Position numbers and translations under genes: made by a program. A stretch of 64,000 bases of DNA, from assembly GCF_009914755.1 (NCBI RefSeq), contig NC_060926.1, one strand, 5' to 3'. The notes beneath the pieces are model-generated. The model was not told the origin of the DNA. It made no database searches and worked only from the letters and a program-made list of their open reading frames with translations. Origin of the DNA: the human T2T-CHM13v2.0 reference genome, Homo sapiens. Positions 46,369 through 64,000 of this stretch are shown here, in pieces. Every line of letters starts with the position of its first letter. The first letter of the stretch is position 1.

Positions 46369-47279
46369 CTGTCTCCTGTCCCAGGCAGCGATGTGTCCAG
46401 GGCTCCATACCAGCTCCAAGCTCTCTGCCTACAGCTCCCTCACATCCACACTGGTCCCAGCTGGAGACCTGGTGGCTTTGAGAGGATACCGTGGCTTCTT
46501 GATGTACCTGAAGACTTTGGAACGCCAGAAGTGTTCAGTCCTGTGATGGGTGTCAGCCAGGCCCAGAAAGCACACAAACTGGGGGACACATATGCTAAGT
46601 TATCCAGAAAGCCTCAGGGCTGGGGCTGGAAGAGGAGGGCCTTGCCATCCCAAGGTGCTGGTGTGTCCACACGCCCCTGGGGTGACCGTGTGCATCTGTG
46701 TGTGTGTGTTTGTGGGTGGGTGGCTGACTACTCTGAGTTTGTGGGTGATTCATGTGTACCCTCGCGACAGGCTGTGTTCAGATAGTCTGCTTATGTGCTT
46801 GAATTCAAGGACACAAACATCCCTAGGTGCAAGCTTGCACGCACAGTCCTCCCTACACCTCCACACGCAACTCCTAATCATCCCTCAGGATCCTCTCCCC
46901 GCCCTGCTTCAGCCTTAAGGCCTGCTCTGACCCTCCAGCCCATCCCACTGACCTGCTGACCTTCATCCCAGACACTGCTGGGTTCAGCCCTGGAGCCTGG
47001 TCACTCTTGCTCCCTGAGGGTGAGGTTGACTCCTTTTTAAATTACCCCTAAAGCCCCACTTAGGGAGACACAGCCTTATCAATCAACACTCCTTGAATGA
47101 ATTAAAACAAACTCCAAGGAAAGGAACTGCATTTGGGTGGATGGAAACAAGAGCTCTCAAGCTGTTTTCTTTCCTCTTTACCCTTTGCTCTCTGTCTCTT
47201 CCCATCTGTACTTTCTCTAACTTGTTTGCTAACTCAATCGTCAGCTTAGAAAGTACTTCCTTGTATACCCTCCTCTCAT

Positions 47280-47400
47280 TCAAATCTCATGACAATCCTC
47301 CAAGACACGAATAATTATCCTCATTGCACAGATGAGGAAACTGAGGTTCAGGGAGGCTACGTGAGTTGCCCAAGGTCACACAGCCTGGAAGGAGTGGGTA
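47280..47400 (-). mobile_element. MIR SINE
   Basis: 'attatcctcattgcacagatgaggaaactgaggttcaggga...ttgcccaaggtcacacagc'. Confidence 0.8.
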
Positions 47401-47686
47401 GGGACTAGAACCCTCATGCGTGAATGGACACCACCTCCCACCACTCCCCACCAGTAAGTAGAGGGTGGAGGGTAAAGGGCGATCCAGGGGCTCGGAGAGG
47501 ATTGGCCTCTTCAAGCCCTCTCCATGGCCCAAGGTCACCGTGGGAGGGAGATGCACCTGGCCCCCAGGGCCAGGGGTTACCCCACTCGGCCAGCAATGGG
47601 AGAGGCCATGAGATCTGTGGACATTGTTCCTGGGCCTGTGGTTACTGATTTGACAACAGCCCTGTTCCTCCCCAGCCAGCCAGGGA

Positions 47687-47718
47687 GTTAATGATTAAGG
47701 AGGAGATTAAATATTAAC
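47687..47718. promoter_or_regulatory. Tandem HNF1-type palindromes
   Basis: GTTAATGATTAAG (47687-47699) and ATTAAATATTAAC (47706-47718) versus consensus GTTAATNATTAAC. Confidence 0.55.
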
Positions 47719-48927
47719 CACCTGTGGGGCCACGGCGTAATGTCTCCATCTGCACCTGAGCCTACCTAAAAATCCCTCCCACCTGCCGTGGGCCAGCCCC
47801 ACACAGGGCCTCTAAGCCCCTTGCTTAGGGATACCACTTCCCCATGCCCCCATCCTGCCCTGGCCCTGGCCCTGGCCCGTGTCCACCCCATCTCACTCTC
47901 TCATACCCACAGCACAGACCCAAGGACTCTTCCTGTAGCTTGGAAGCTGCAAGGTACACCACTGTAGGCACTCCTGGTGGGCCTTCTGGAGGAGAGGACC
48001 TGCCTGAACCCAGCTACTCCTGGGGCTTGGAGAGTCCGCAGGTTACATTCCTACCTGTGACCTCGTTTATCAGTGCTCTTATCGCTCTTATCTCCCAAGT
48101 CGTTCCTCCTAAAGACCCCTCTGAATCTACACATCCCAGGCCCCAACACCCTGGGCTACAGCAACTCCCCAACACGCCATTCTCTTCTTTCTTCTAGCAG
48201 TTAGAATCTGGGTGTGTTCTGCCTCCAGGAAGCCTCTCATATTAACCTGGGCTAAGGTCTCTGCGGGCCTCTGCTCCCCAGCTTCCCTTAGGCCGGGGTG
48301 ATTCAGGCTGGCATTGGCTGCTGCACGGCTGCAGGAAACCAGCTGCATCTGTTGGAAGGTCCTTTGAAGTTTAAGTGCACAGCCTCCGAGCGCTGGGGGC
48401 GGGGACTGCTCTATCTCACCTAAGCCTAGGGCCTGCCCCTGGGTGAAGCCATGGTCACCCTCCCCACAGCAGGAACCACAGGCAGTATGACACAGGGTTC
48501 ACCTGCGTCTTTTTCTATAAATATAGAAAAATGGAATTATTTATTCAAATAATAACTCTATTGATATGCTCTCATTCCTGTTTGTGGGGAAGCCCCAGAT
48601 GACTGTGTGGGTAAGTTACTATGGTACGTAAGCCCCACCGTAGCCTGGGCCTGCACTGCTCTCTCTGCATGTCAGTGAACTGCATTGACACTGCAGGCCT
48701 AGTGACAGGCAATGTCATCCCCATTTTACAGATGGCGAAACTGAGGCTGGGTGAAATTAAAGGACTTGGCCACGCTCAAACAGACAGGAAATGGCAGAAG
48801 CTGGCCTGCCTGGTGCAAAAGCCATACAAAACTGAAAAGGACCTAACACCGTTCTTGCCACAGCTGTCTAGGCCCCAAGCTCAGCTTCTTTTCAGCCACA
48901 GTTCCCAACCATGTGTGGCTTGCTTGC

Positions 48928-48930
48928 TTT

Positions 48931-49002
<72 letters not shown>

Positions 49003-49120
49003 TCCTTTCTTTCTTTCTTTCTTTCCTTCCTTCCTTCCTTCCTTCCTTCCTTCCTTCCTTCCTTCCTTCCTTCCTTCCTTCCTTCCTTCTTTCTTTCTTT
49101 CTTTCTTTCTTTCTCTCTTT
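48928..49120. repeat. Compound (TTTC)n(CTTC)n(TTTC)n STR in an Alu tail
   Basis: ~190 bp pyrimidine-only tract. Confidence 0.97.
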
Positions 49121-50175
<1,055 letters not shown>

Positions 50176-50859
50176 TAAAATGGGGCTCATTCCTTTAAGA
50201 TGTTTTACTAAGTTTTTTGCAGAGACGTCTAGAAGGACCTGCCATTTTCCTTCTTCCTGCATGTTACAAATCATCTTACCAGGGCAGGATGGTGTAGAAT
50301 CAGCATTGCACTGCGGTTTCCTCACACCAGCGCTTGTGTCTACAGATGAGGAAAGAAAGGCCCCCGAAGGTCAAGAGCCTCGCTGGCCCAGTGGCTCCCA
50401 CACGAGTTCCTCAGGGCAGCAGCAACACTAAGGAAGGGGATGGCCTCTGACTGGCACTGATGGGGCTTCCAGACCCATACCTCAGGGGCTCAGAGGTTTC
50501 CTCTGGGGCCCTAGCCCCTTGTCTTAGACTCAGAGCTGAACCCCCAGTACATCCTTGAGAACCTCAACCTGCTCCCCTTTGCCCCTCACCTCCTCCCTGG
50601 ACCACTGCTCCCCACAGTCCAGCTCCCCCATCCTTGACAGTGAGCCCAGGGTTTGTCAGGGGATAGTGGGGAGTCCGGGAAACATACAATACGAGCTTCT
50701 CAGCCATAAGCAGTGTTCCCATATCCCAGCACAGCACACACACTTTGAGCCAGGTTTCCCGCCCAGCCTGCCACGCTGTCTTTTGCCCTGTGTTTCTGTC
50801 TGTCTCTCTTTCTCTCCCACACGCACTCTCACTCATTCACACAAACTCACAAATTTTGA

Positions 50860-50965
50860 TGACTCAGGCAAAGCAGAGAGGAGGGAAGCAACACTTAAAG
50901 CCCAAATTGGCTTTAACTGGGGATGCTCACATTTCTATTTGCATCTCTTTTGCATGTATTTGCAT
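50860..50965. promoter_or_regulatory. Candidate POU/octamer enhancer with an AP-1 site
   Basis: ATTTGCAT 50937, TTTTGCAT 50948, ATTTGCAT 50958; TGACTCA 50860. Confidence 0.55.
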
Positions 50966-51190
50966 AGACTGTTTTTGGACCATTCTCCATGTCCCTAAGG
51001 GCACTGAGAAGTAACGGATTTGTGGTCCTCAGGGGGCCCCAAGGCCTCCGTGAGGCCTCCAGATGCGTTAGGTGGGCCCTGGAATGCAGGGAGAATAGGG
51101 AGGCGACAGGTCATCTGGTTACATTACAGGGGCAGGCTAGAGGAAATAGGGTAGCTGGGGCCTGGAGGAACCTTGTGGGCCTTGGCTGCC

Positions 51191-51659
<469 letters not shown>

Positions 51660-52238
51660 TGAGAGGGACACAGGAAACCCTGAGGCAGGGCCAGAGGAGA
51701 AGAGCACCCAGGAAAGGAAAGTGCCGGCTCAGAGGTGCTGGGAGGGTGGGTCCTACTCCTTAGGTGAACACAGACACCAGAGGCCCAGCACCAGCTGCCC
51801 TCCTACCCTGCACATCAGCTCTCAACTTAATTCGCCGCACAACCTGAGACAAGATTCTAGGCAGCCAGGGCTCTGGCCCGGCTCTGCACCCTTTGCCGGG
51901 TGACCTTGGGCGGGTCTTGGTCCCTCTCTGGGCCTCAGTCTCCTCTTCAGGAAAGGGCAAGCAGATGAGTTTCGAAGCCCCTCCCAGGTCTAATGTCTCT
52001 GCTGCCCTGACCCAGCCTCCCTGGCCCACTTCCCTGTGGCTCAGGAATCTTCAGTGTCTACCTCTAGGATCAGGGTCAAGTTTGAGTGTTCAGGACCCTC
52101 TGCATCTGGTGCCATCCAGCCTCATCAGCCTCACTTCCCTTGTTTTCTGGGGGTCCAGCAGGGACCTTGGGTCCTTGCTCCAACCTCCTTTCCTTTCCCC
52201 ACCAAGGGCCCTGATTCTGGAACACCTGCCCTCTCCTG

Positions 52239-53111
<873 letters not shown>

Positions 53112-53635
53112 TAGGAGCAGCGGCAGGAGGATGTAGCTGTGCTGGGGCTGGAGAAGCAGGAGCTGGGTACCTCTCTACTCCTAACCCCAACCCTGCAGAG
53201 TTCCGACTCCCAAACATCCCTTTGTGCACCCACAAAGAGAAGCTTCTCCCCAACACACTCCACTGAAGGAAGGCATTGCCTTTCCTATTTGTAAATAGCC
53301 TTGCTGAGGTGGGGCCCACGTGGGCATGCCCCTCTGGCGGCAGCCCCTGCAGTGCCGTCCTCCCTCCCTGGCTCCAGGGTATGTGGTGTGGCCTCCCTGG
53401 GGGCAGGGCCGTCCTTTCCCAGCCACAGCTGGAGGGCTGTGTCCTGTGGGCCCTGTGAGTCAGGCCCAATCCCCTCCCTGTAGCCAGCAAGCACTACAGT
53501 GACCTCAGCCTCTGCTCACCTGGTGAGCCTGCTTCCTGGTGGGGGCAGACAGAGCCAGGACCTGCAGGGACTGTGATCCTGCTGATACCTCAGGGCACCT
53601 GAGGCCTTTGGCCAGTCTTGGATCCCAGGGAGTAG

Positions 53636-54020
<385 letters not shown>

Positions 54021-54085
54021 CCCTTGCCCAGCTTTCTGTGCTGGGCTATCTCCACTCACTCTGAAACAACTGACTTGAGACTCTC

Positions 54086-54451
<366 letters not shown>

Positions 54452-55348
54452 TAGCAAAGTATGTCTGTCTCTAGCCTGAACCACCCTGGGTTTTCTGAGG
54501 GCGGGCCTGTCATCTACTCCCCAAGACCCCTGGCAGGTCTGGAGCTAGGATCAAGTTTGCGGTGTGAGGGGCCGCAAGGAGCAGAGGGTAAGAGGCAGGT
54601 AGGAAGGAGTAGGGGACAGGCTGGGTTTCCTGTCTTCTGATGTGTCCAAAGTATGGGCTCCATCTGCCATAACAGTAAGTGCTGATTACCAGCCTGTGTG
54701 CCTACGGAGTGGGAATTCACGGATGGTGAACCTGGGGCTTGGCTGGACAAAGTGGACTGCTCAAGTCACACCAGTAAGAAGGTGCCTGTACGGCTGTAGC
54801 AGGCTAAGGTGATGTCTACGGCTCAGCGGCCCAACCCCAATATGTGCTGCATCCAGGTAGAGGCTGAACTAACTGAGGTCTTAAAGGCTCCAGGCCTGAG
54901 GATTTGAGCCTCCAAATGATTTTAGCTGAGGCTCCAACCAACCCCCAGCTGCTGCCCCCTGGACTGGCAGCCCCTCAACCCACTCCCCAGCAAGTGTCCT
55001 CCCTCTCACCAGTTCAACTGGCTCCCAGTTCAGCTGCAGAAACGGCCAAACCTCTCTGTGGAACCCAAACAGGAAGCTGGGGAGAAGGGAGCCAACGGCC
55101 AAGGACCTTTGAGGCTCCTCCAGGAAGTGTGAGGGGAGATGAGAGGGGTGAAGATGGGCCTGCTGTCTTGCAGCCCCCAACACTGGGAGCCGACCAAAGC
55201 CTGTCTCACTTCCTCATGCTGGGAAGGAGCTGAGCATCCCTTAACCCACCTCCCCGCTGGCATGGACCAGAAAGGGCCTTGGGGAGAGGGTCAAGAGGGG
55301 CTCTTTGGAACCCTTGCTCCTGGGTCACTTTTTTAAAAATAGACTTTG

Positions 55349-55647
55349 TGCCAGGTGTAGTAGCTCATGTCTGTAATCCCAGCACTTTGGGAGGCCAAGG
55401 TGGACAGATCACTTGATCCCCAGAGTTTGAGACCAGCCTGGGAAACCTGGTCTCTACAAAAAATACAAAAAGTAGCCCAGTGTGGTGGTGCATACTTGTA
55501 GTCCCAGCTACTTGGGAGGCTGAGGTGGGAAGGATCACTAGAGTCTGACAGGGTGAGGCTGCAGTGAGCCGTGATCATGCCATTGCACTCCAGCCTGCAT
55601 GACAGAGCAAGACCCTATCTCAAAAAAAAAAAAAAAAAAAAAAAAAA
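55349..55647 (+). mobile_element. Alu (AluJ-like)
   Basis: Sense Alu with long A-tail. Confidence 0.93.
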
Positions 55648-55649
55648 GG

Positions 55650-56589
<940 letters not shown>

Positions 56590-56590
<1 letters not shown>

Positions 56591-56890
56591 TTCTTTCTTT
56601 CTTTCTTTCTTTTTTTTTTTTTTTGAGACAGGGTTTCACTCTGTAGCCCCAGCTGGAACGCAGTGGCACAGTCTTGGCTCACTGCAGCTTCTACCTCCCG
56701 GGCTCAAGTGATCCTCCCACCTCAGTCTCCTGAGCAGCTGGGACTACAGGCGCTTGCCACCGCACCCGGCTAATTTTTGCATTTTTTTTTGTGGAGACGG
56801 GGTTTCACCATGTTATTCAGGTTAGTTTCAAACTCCTCAGCTCAAGCAATCCGCCCGCCTCGGCCTCCCAAAGTGCTGGGATCACAGGCT
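56590..56890 (-). mobile_element. Alu (AluJ-like)
   Basis: Antisense Alu with (TTTC)n/T tail. Confidence 0.92.
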
Positions 56891-57916
56891 GCGGGTCACT
56901 TTTAGGGCAGGCTTTTCCTCACATAATCCTGAGATCCTATTAACTTCATTTCTTATCAGCCCGCCCTTAAGGGGCGAGCACCAGGATGGAGAGACACCTG
57001 GCTCTCAGGCTCTATGCTGTCACCAGCTCACCATGTCCTTGGCAAGTCACTTTACCAACCTGGCCTTCAGTTTCTCAGCCTGTGAAATGGAGCTCACAGC
57101 ACTTTTCCCGCCTCAGGGATGTATGGGGAGGTCTCTGTCCACTAGGGATGAGGGGCATGGCTTGGCGTGGTGGTCAGTGCAGGGGTGATTGACCCCAGAA
57201 ACCACAGCCTGCCCCATCTGGGGCTGGGCCAGGAGCAATGGCAACCTAGGGAGCCTGTCTGGCCCGACCATGGGGATATGTGGGGTGTCATCTTTGCACC
57301 CCTGCAGCCCTGGGCATCCCCAGGCCCTCCAGGAGTAGCCAGCAAGGTGTGGCTCCTGCCCGGTCATCTGCCACAGGAATGGAGGGAGGCAGCTGTGAGC
57401 AGACATGGCAAGACTCATCAGAGAGCCCCTGGCCTGAGATCTCCTTCACCTCCGCCTTCCATCTGCCACAGGCCACGGCCAGAGGCTCAGGAAGAGGACA
57501 GGCAGTGGGGGGACATGCAAACTGTGGGCAAACCTCAGGCACACAGACAGAGGTCTTGTTTCGTGCCCCCTGAGTAAAGGAGCTGGTGCTTTGGGAGGCT
57601 TAGCTCAACAGGGAGAGAGCGCTCCAAAGCCTGAGGCCCCACCCAGGCCCCTCAGAGGCTGCCCAGCCAGTGGGTGGCTGGGCAGGACCCCCACCCCATG
57701 CAGTGACTCCTCCATCCCCTTCTGGGGTCCTTGGGCCTTTCAGCCTCTTGTCCGCAGCCAGGCCCTGCCCCCAACAGCAAGACCCAACAAACCCATAGCT
57801 GTTTCCTGCCAACTTCCATTACCTCTTTCTTCTTTGACACCACAGAAAAAGAACAGAAAGGCCCCTCATCCCAAGCACTCAGATAATATCTGTTGGACAT
57901 TTAAAAAATAATAACA

Positions 57917-58226
57917 GGCTGGGTGCAGTGGCTCACACCTGTAATCCCAGCACTTTGGGAGGCCGAGGCAGGCGGATCATTAGGTCAGGAATTTGAGACC
58001 AGCCTGACCAACATGACGAGAATCTGTCTCCACAAAAATACGAAAATCTGTCTCTACAAAAATACAAAAATTAGCCGGGCGTAGTGGCGCATGCCTGTAA
58101 TCCCAGCTACCGGGAGGTACCAGAATTGCTTGAATCCGGGAGGCAGAGGTTGCAGTGAGACGAGATTGCGCCGCTGCACTCTAGCCTGGGCGACAGAGCG
58201 AGACTCTGTCTCAAAAATAAAATATA
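57917..58226 (+). mobile_element. Alu (AluS-like, internal tandem duplication)
   Basis: TSD taaaaaataataaca; 'aatctgtctc(c/t)acaaaaatac' duplicated. Confidence 0.93.
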
Positions 58227-58467
58227 ATAAAAAATAATAACAATATATTCACATGGTAGGAAAGTCAAACAAAAAGTATAAAATGAAGATAAAACTCTCC
58301 CCTCTTTTCCCAACCTTTCATTGAAGGTGACCGCTTAATAGTTTCTCAGGTAGCCTGCCAGAAAAAAATGTCATGCCCACGCTAGTGTATATGTATACAT
58401 GTGTGTCTGTTAAAGACAATGTTCAGCCGAAGAGGTGGTGCTGTAACACATGGTTCTTTCCTTGCTC

Positions 58468-58785
58468 TTTTTTTTTTTTGACAGGGTCTCGCTCTGTCCC
58501 CCAGGCTGGAGTGCAGTGGTACAATCTCTGCTCACTGCAACCTCCACCTCCTGGGTTAAAGCAATTCTCCCACTTCAGCCTCCCAAGTAGCTGGGACTAC
58601 AGGTGTGTGCCACCATGCTCGGCTACTTTTTGTATTTTTGGTAGAGATGGGGTTCCATCTCTACGGAACCCCGTCTCTACCAAAGTTCTTTGGCCAGACT
58701 GGTCTTGAACTCCTGGCCTCAAGTGACTCGCCCGACTCAGCCTCCCATAGTGCTGGGATTACAGGCATGAGCTACCTCACCCAGT
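58468..58785 (-). mobile_element. Alu (AluS-like) with internal fold-back insertion
   Basis: Antisense Alu; see hairpin finding at 58637. Confidence 0.92.
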
Positions 58786-58922
58786 CTTTCAAGCTCTTTT
58801 AACTTTACCTGACAGCTTAAACATCCTTCTGACCACACAAAATCTACCATTTCACAGACATGCTGCCATGGGGCTGGTCTCCTGTAAACAGGCCACCTGG
58901 TGATCAGGCTCTTGTTAGGGAA

Positions 58923-59244
58923 TTTTATTTTATTTTATTTTATTATTGTATTTTATTTGAGACAGAGTTTCACTGTGTGGCTCAGGCTGGAGTGAAGTGG
59001 TGTAGTGCAGTCTCAGCTCACTGCAACCTCCACGTCCCAGACTCAGATGATCCTCCCATCTCAGCCTCCCAAGTAGCTGGGACTACAGGCACGTACCACC
59101 ATGCCCAGCTAATTTTTCTATTTTTAGTAGAGACGGGGTTTCTCCATGTTGCCCAGGCGGGTCTCAAACTCCTGGGCTCAAGCGATTCTCCCACCTCAGC
59201 CTCCCAGAGTGCTGGGATTATAGGTGTGAGCCACTGTGCCCGGC
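58923..59244 (-). mobile_element. Alu (AluJ-like)
   Basis: Antisense Alu with (TTTTA)n tail. Confidence 0.92.
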
Positions 59245-60207
59245 TGGAGGTAGAAATTTTAAAAGGACAGTGTGGCCTAATAAATGGGCTTCCTATACCC
59301 CTCTGGAACTCAGTGACTATTTGATGAGCACAACATTTCCCCTCCTGTATCTCCAGGGAAGAGTAACGATAAGGGAATAATAGATGAGGAAACAAGGCGC
59401 AGTGATTGAGGACCTGGCCCTAGACCACACACTGCAGGACCTCCAGGATGGAAGGGAGCAGCCCAGAGACTGTGCTCTGGGACATGGTGGGGGGTGCGAT
59501 TGCTGTAGGAGGGCAGGAGCCTGGAGGAGTTTCCAGGGACAGGAGGGCTGGGCTGGAGGAGGCTGGCTGAGAAGGAGCTAGGGGTGAATAGGGGCCAAGG
59601 GAAGTGAAGGGACTTCCCAAACTGGATAAGGTACAGGTGCAAGAGTCACTCACCCCTCCTGGGCAGGGCGAGGGGTCTCAAGCCCTCTGCATCCCTCTTC
59701 CTCCATGGAGCCCCACGCAAAGAGGCTCTCTGTGTACTCCGACTTCACTAGAAGAAGTGACCATGGGAAAATCTGCAGGGATGGTGCCCACCAGGGGTGT
59801 GGGGCAAGGCACTGACATGACTTAGTGCCACTGTGTGCCAGGCAAGGTGTATTTTATGTATTATATGCCATTTAATCCTTGCACAAGAGACTATTTTACT
59901 GCTGAGGGAGGCTGGCCATTCCAGTTCATGGGAGCCATTCCAGTTCCCCATTCCCCAGGATGCATGAAGGTGGGGACTACATGGGCCCAGTGAAGGGGAG
60001 CCAGAGGGAAGAAGACGCCACCATCCTGGGCCCTGAAGACCTCTGAGGCCAGTGGCTCCAGCTTGCTCTGAGGAGGACGTTCTCCACCCGAGGGCCCATG
60101 GCCCCAGATCTAGCCTCAGGGCACCTCTCCCCTGCTGCCCTGTGCTTGGGCCAGGACCACAGCAACACCTGAGTCATCTCACCTTCTATCTCTCTGGTTT
60201 TCACTCA

Positions 60208-60713
<506 letters not shown>

Positions 60714-61224
60714 CTAGGGCAGAGCCTTGGCTGCAGAGTCTCTGGGTCAGAGCCTGGCCTTCCTAGAGCTGAGCAGTCCACCTGGGCTACAAGACACCTC
60801 CTACTTCAACTGTGGGCTCCCCTGCCACAGGTTTACCTGAAGTTGAACTTGGAGCGAAAGGATCTTAGGGTCAAAAGAGGAGAAAGTATAGGACTCATCT
60901 CCCACCCTTGGACAAAGCTGGTGGGTTACAGGAGCCCCAGCCTCCCAAGCCTGGGGCTATGCATACCTGGTCCCTGCACAGCCCCAAGGAGCTGGCCTGC
61001 CCTGTCCACCTTCTTCCTCTGAAATCCACCTGAGCTTGGGGATTTCTGCACTGTGATGAGGTCAGTGAGGGGAGGCTGGGCTGTGGGCAGGTATAATCCC
61101 GGAAGCCTTTCTGCAAGAGGTAGCATGATTCAGCCAAAGGCATCGGGAGGACATTAGGGCAAGGGCATAACAGCATCAGGGTAAAGGTGCCTGGCATGAG
61201 TGTGCAGTGGCAGGAGGGTGGAGA

Positions 61225-62023
<799 letters not shown>

Positions 62024-63064
62024 TCACCCTGGAGAGACAGGCTCAGCCTCCCCTGAAGGGCCACAGTGTCTTCCTCCTTTAAGGAGACAAGGTTACTCTG
62101 ATGCCCACCTCTTCCTGTAAGGCCTCCTTGATTAATCCCTCCTTCACAGGGGTAGAAAAATGAGAGTACTATCTTTCCAAGAGGACACTGCTCTCTTGCT
62201 GATCAGAAACTTTTGTAAGGTCTAGAAAAATATTTTCCTCCATTGACTCCACTGCCTCTATCCACACTGACTGGATGAGAAGCGCTGGCCTGTTGTTAAA
62301 GGTTCCAGGCTAGGAATCAGCAATTTGCAGTTGCAGTCCAAGTCCTGCAGGAACTTGGGAAAGTGGTTTCTCTGGGCCTCAGTTTTCCTCACTGTTAAAA
62401 TGGGAGAATATGCTTGCCCCAGCTCTACCCCGAAAGTGGAGCAGCAGCAGTTGACATTTTTGACTGCAAAATGTGTGCCAGGCACGGAGCCAAGCCCATC
62501 ACACCCAGCGACGCAGAAATTCTCTCAGTAACCTTGTGTGGAAGACACAATGGCGATTTCCATCTTGCAGGTGAGGAAACTGAGGCTCAGCTGGGTCTGT
62601 CAGTACCCTAAAGTCATATAGCTGAGTGATTCCAGAGCTCCTCCTCTCAACATTGCACTTTATTGTTCCAAGTAAAAGATTGCATTCAATCCTGTTCAGT
62701 TACTCAGTCATCTAGCATTTAGATGGCACCAACTGCATGCAGCCACTGAGTAAGCCACAGCCTTGATTTAAGTATCTTGTGGCCGCCCAGCTGGCACTAT
62801 GTTGGGGAAGGTGGGGGGCGGGAAGCAGGAGAGTTGCTGCTCCCCAAGAGCCTGGAGGTGTGGGGAAATGGGGCTCAGCCACGGGAGATTGTGAATACAG
62901 GTTCTGCCACCAGCCACTTCTAGGCGTGGCTGCATAACCGTGGATGATTCACTTAACCTCTGTCTGCTGGGGTTCTGGCTCCCATAATGGTTAGAACACC
63001 ACCTTCTAGGATTGGTTCAAGGATGGCATGGCATAATAAGAACACTTTGAGGGAGGGGGTTTGA

Positions 63065-63392
<328 letters not shown>

Positions 63393-64000
63393 ATGGCCAT
63401 TATTCTTAAAACGAGCAACTGGAGAACAGGGGACTATTGAGCTTGGCCAGATGTCCAGCTATGTATCCACAGGGGCCTCAGGAGTTTTCAGAGTGGGGAG
63501 CAAGGCCTCTGGCCTGGAGCAGACAGGGCTGCTTCCTAGAAGAGGAAGCCTCAGGTGCCAGGCTGAAGGGCTGGAAACTGGGAGCTGGTGGGAAGGAAGG
63601 TGTCTGGGCCAGGATGTGGAGCGGGGCAGGGAGGAGGTGCGCCTTTGAGTGTATGTGAGAGAGACAGAGACAGCTGGCCCTGAGGCCACCGTACAGGTGT
63701 GAACAGGTGAGCCGTGAACCCCATGCTGATTCTTTGCAGGGCAAGGGGCTCCTATGCCAGGGAGAGGCCTCTGGGACACAGGAGCGCTGTGGGGTAGGGA
63801 AGCCTGCACGCCTCACACGTGGGGGATGCATGGCCTGCAACTGACCAGAAGAAGCCCAGTTAGGCCCTGGCTGGGCTCTCCTTTGGTGCTATCCCTTGGG
63901 CCAGTATCAAGAGCTGCAGATGTGCACGCCTATGGAGCTCTTGGGAGCCTCAGCCCTCACGCCCCCATCATCACCCCCCAGCCAGCCCACGGGGCCTCAG

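Noticed and set aside
55333-55342. MEF2-like TTAAAAATAG
   Set aside because: It coincides with the TT/AAAA L1-endonuclease target site of the adjacent Alu, so it is expected without regulatory function

Overview
Primate (human-like) non-coding genomic DNA with GC-rich unique tracts and very dense Alu content. I count about 58 full or partial Alu elements by eye, roughly a quarter of the window. Also present are old L1, L2, MIR, MLT1-type LTR and DNA-transposon (MER2, MER58B, MER91, MER81, MER5A) remnants and several micro/minisatellites. I find no supportable protein-coding exon, tRNA, rRNA or snRNA gene: the listed ORFs are Alu read-through, simple-repeat translations or chance GC-rich frames. 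The window looks like an intergenic or long intronic regulatory landscape, and I cannot name the locus from sequence alone. The informative signals are of two kinds. First, Alu-free islands dense in transcription-factor motifs: a CDX/HNF1/HNF4/FOXA/GATA cluster at ~16.3-16.5 kb, a CArG+ETS+TCF cluster at ~40.3 kb, tandem HNF1 palindromes at ~47.7 kb, a helically phased triple octamer at ~50.9 kb, and a CTCF-like site at ~23.4 kb. Second, structural history: a local ~570-bp duplication (42.3/44.9 kb) with a perfect 42-bp inverted offspring at 46.3 kb, repeated Alu insertion into the same target sites, and several templated micro-insertions and fold-back hairpins. I see no evidence for a new coding system. 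All regulatory calls are motif-based predictions, and repeat family names come from recalled consensus sequences.
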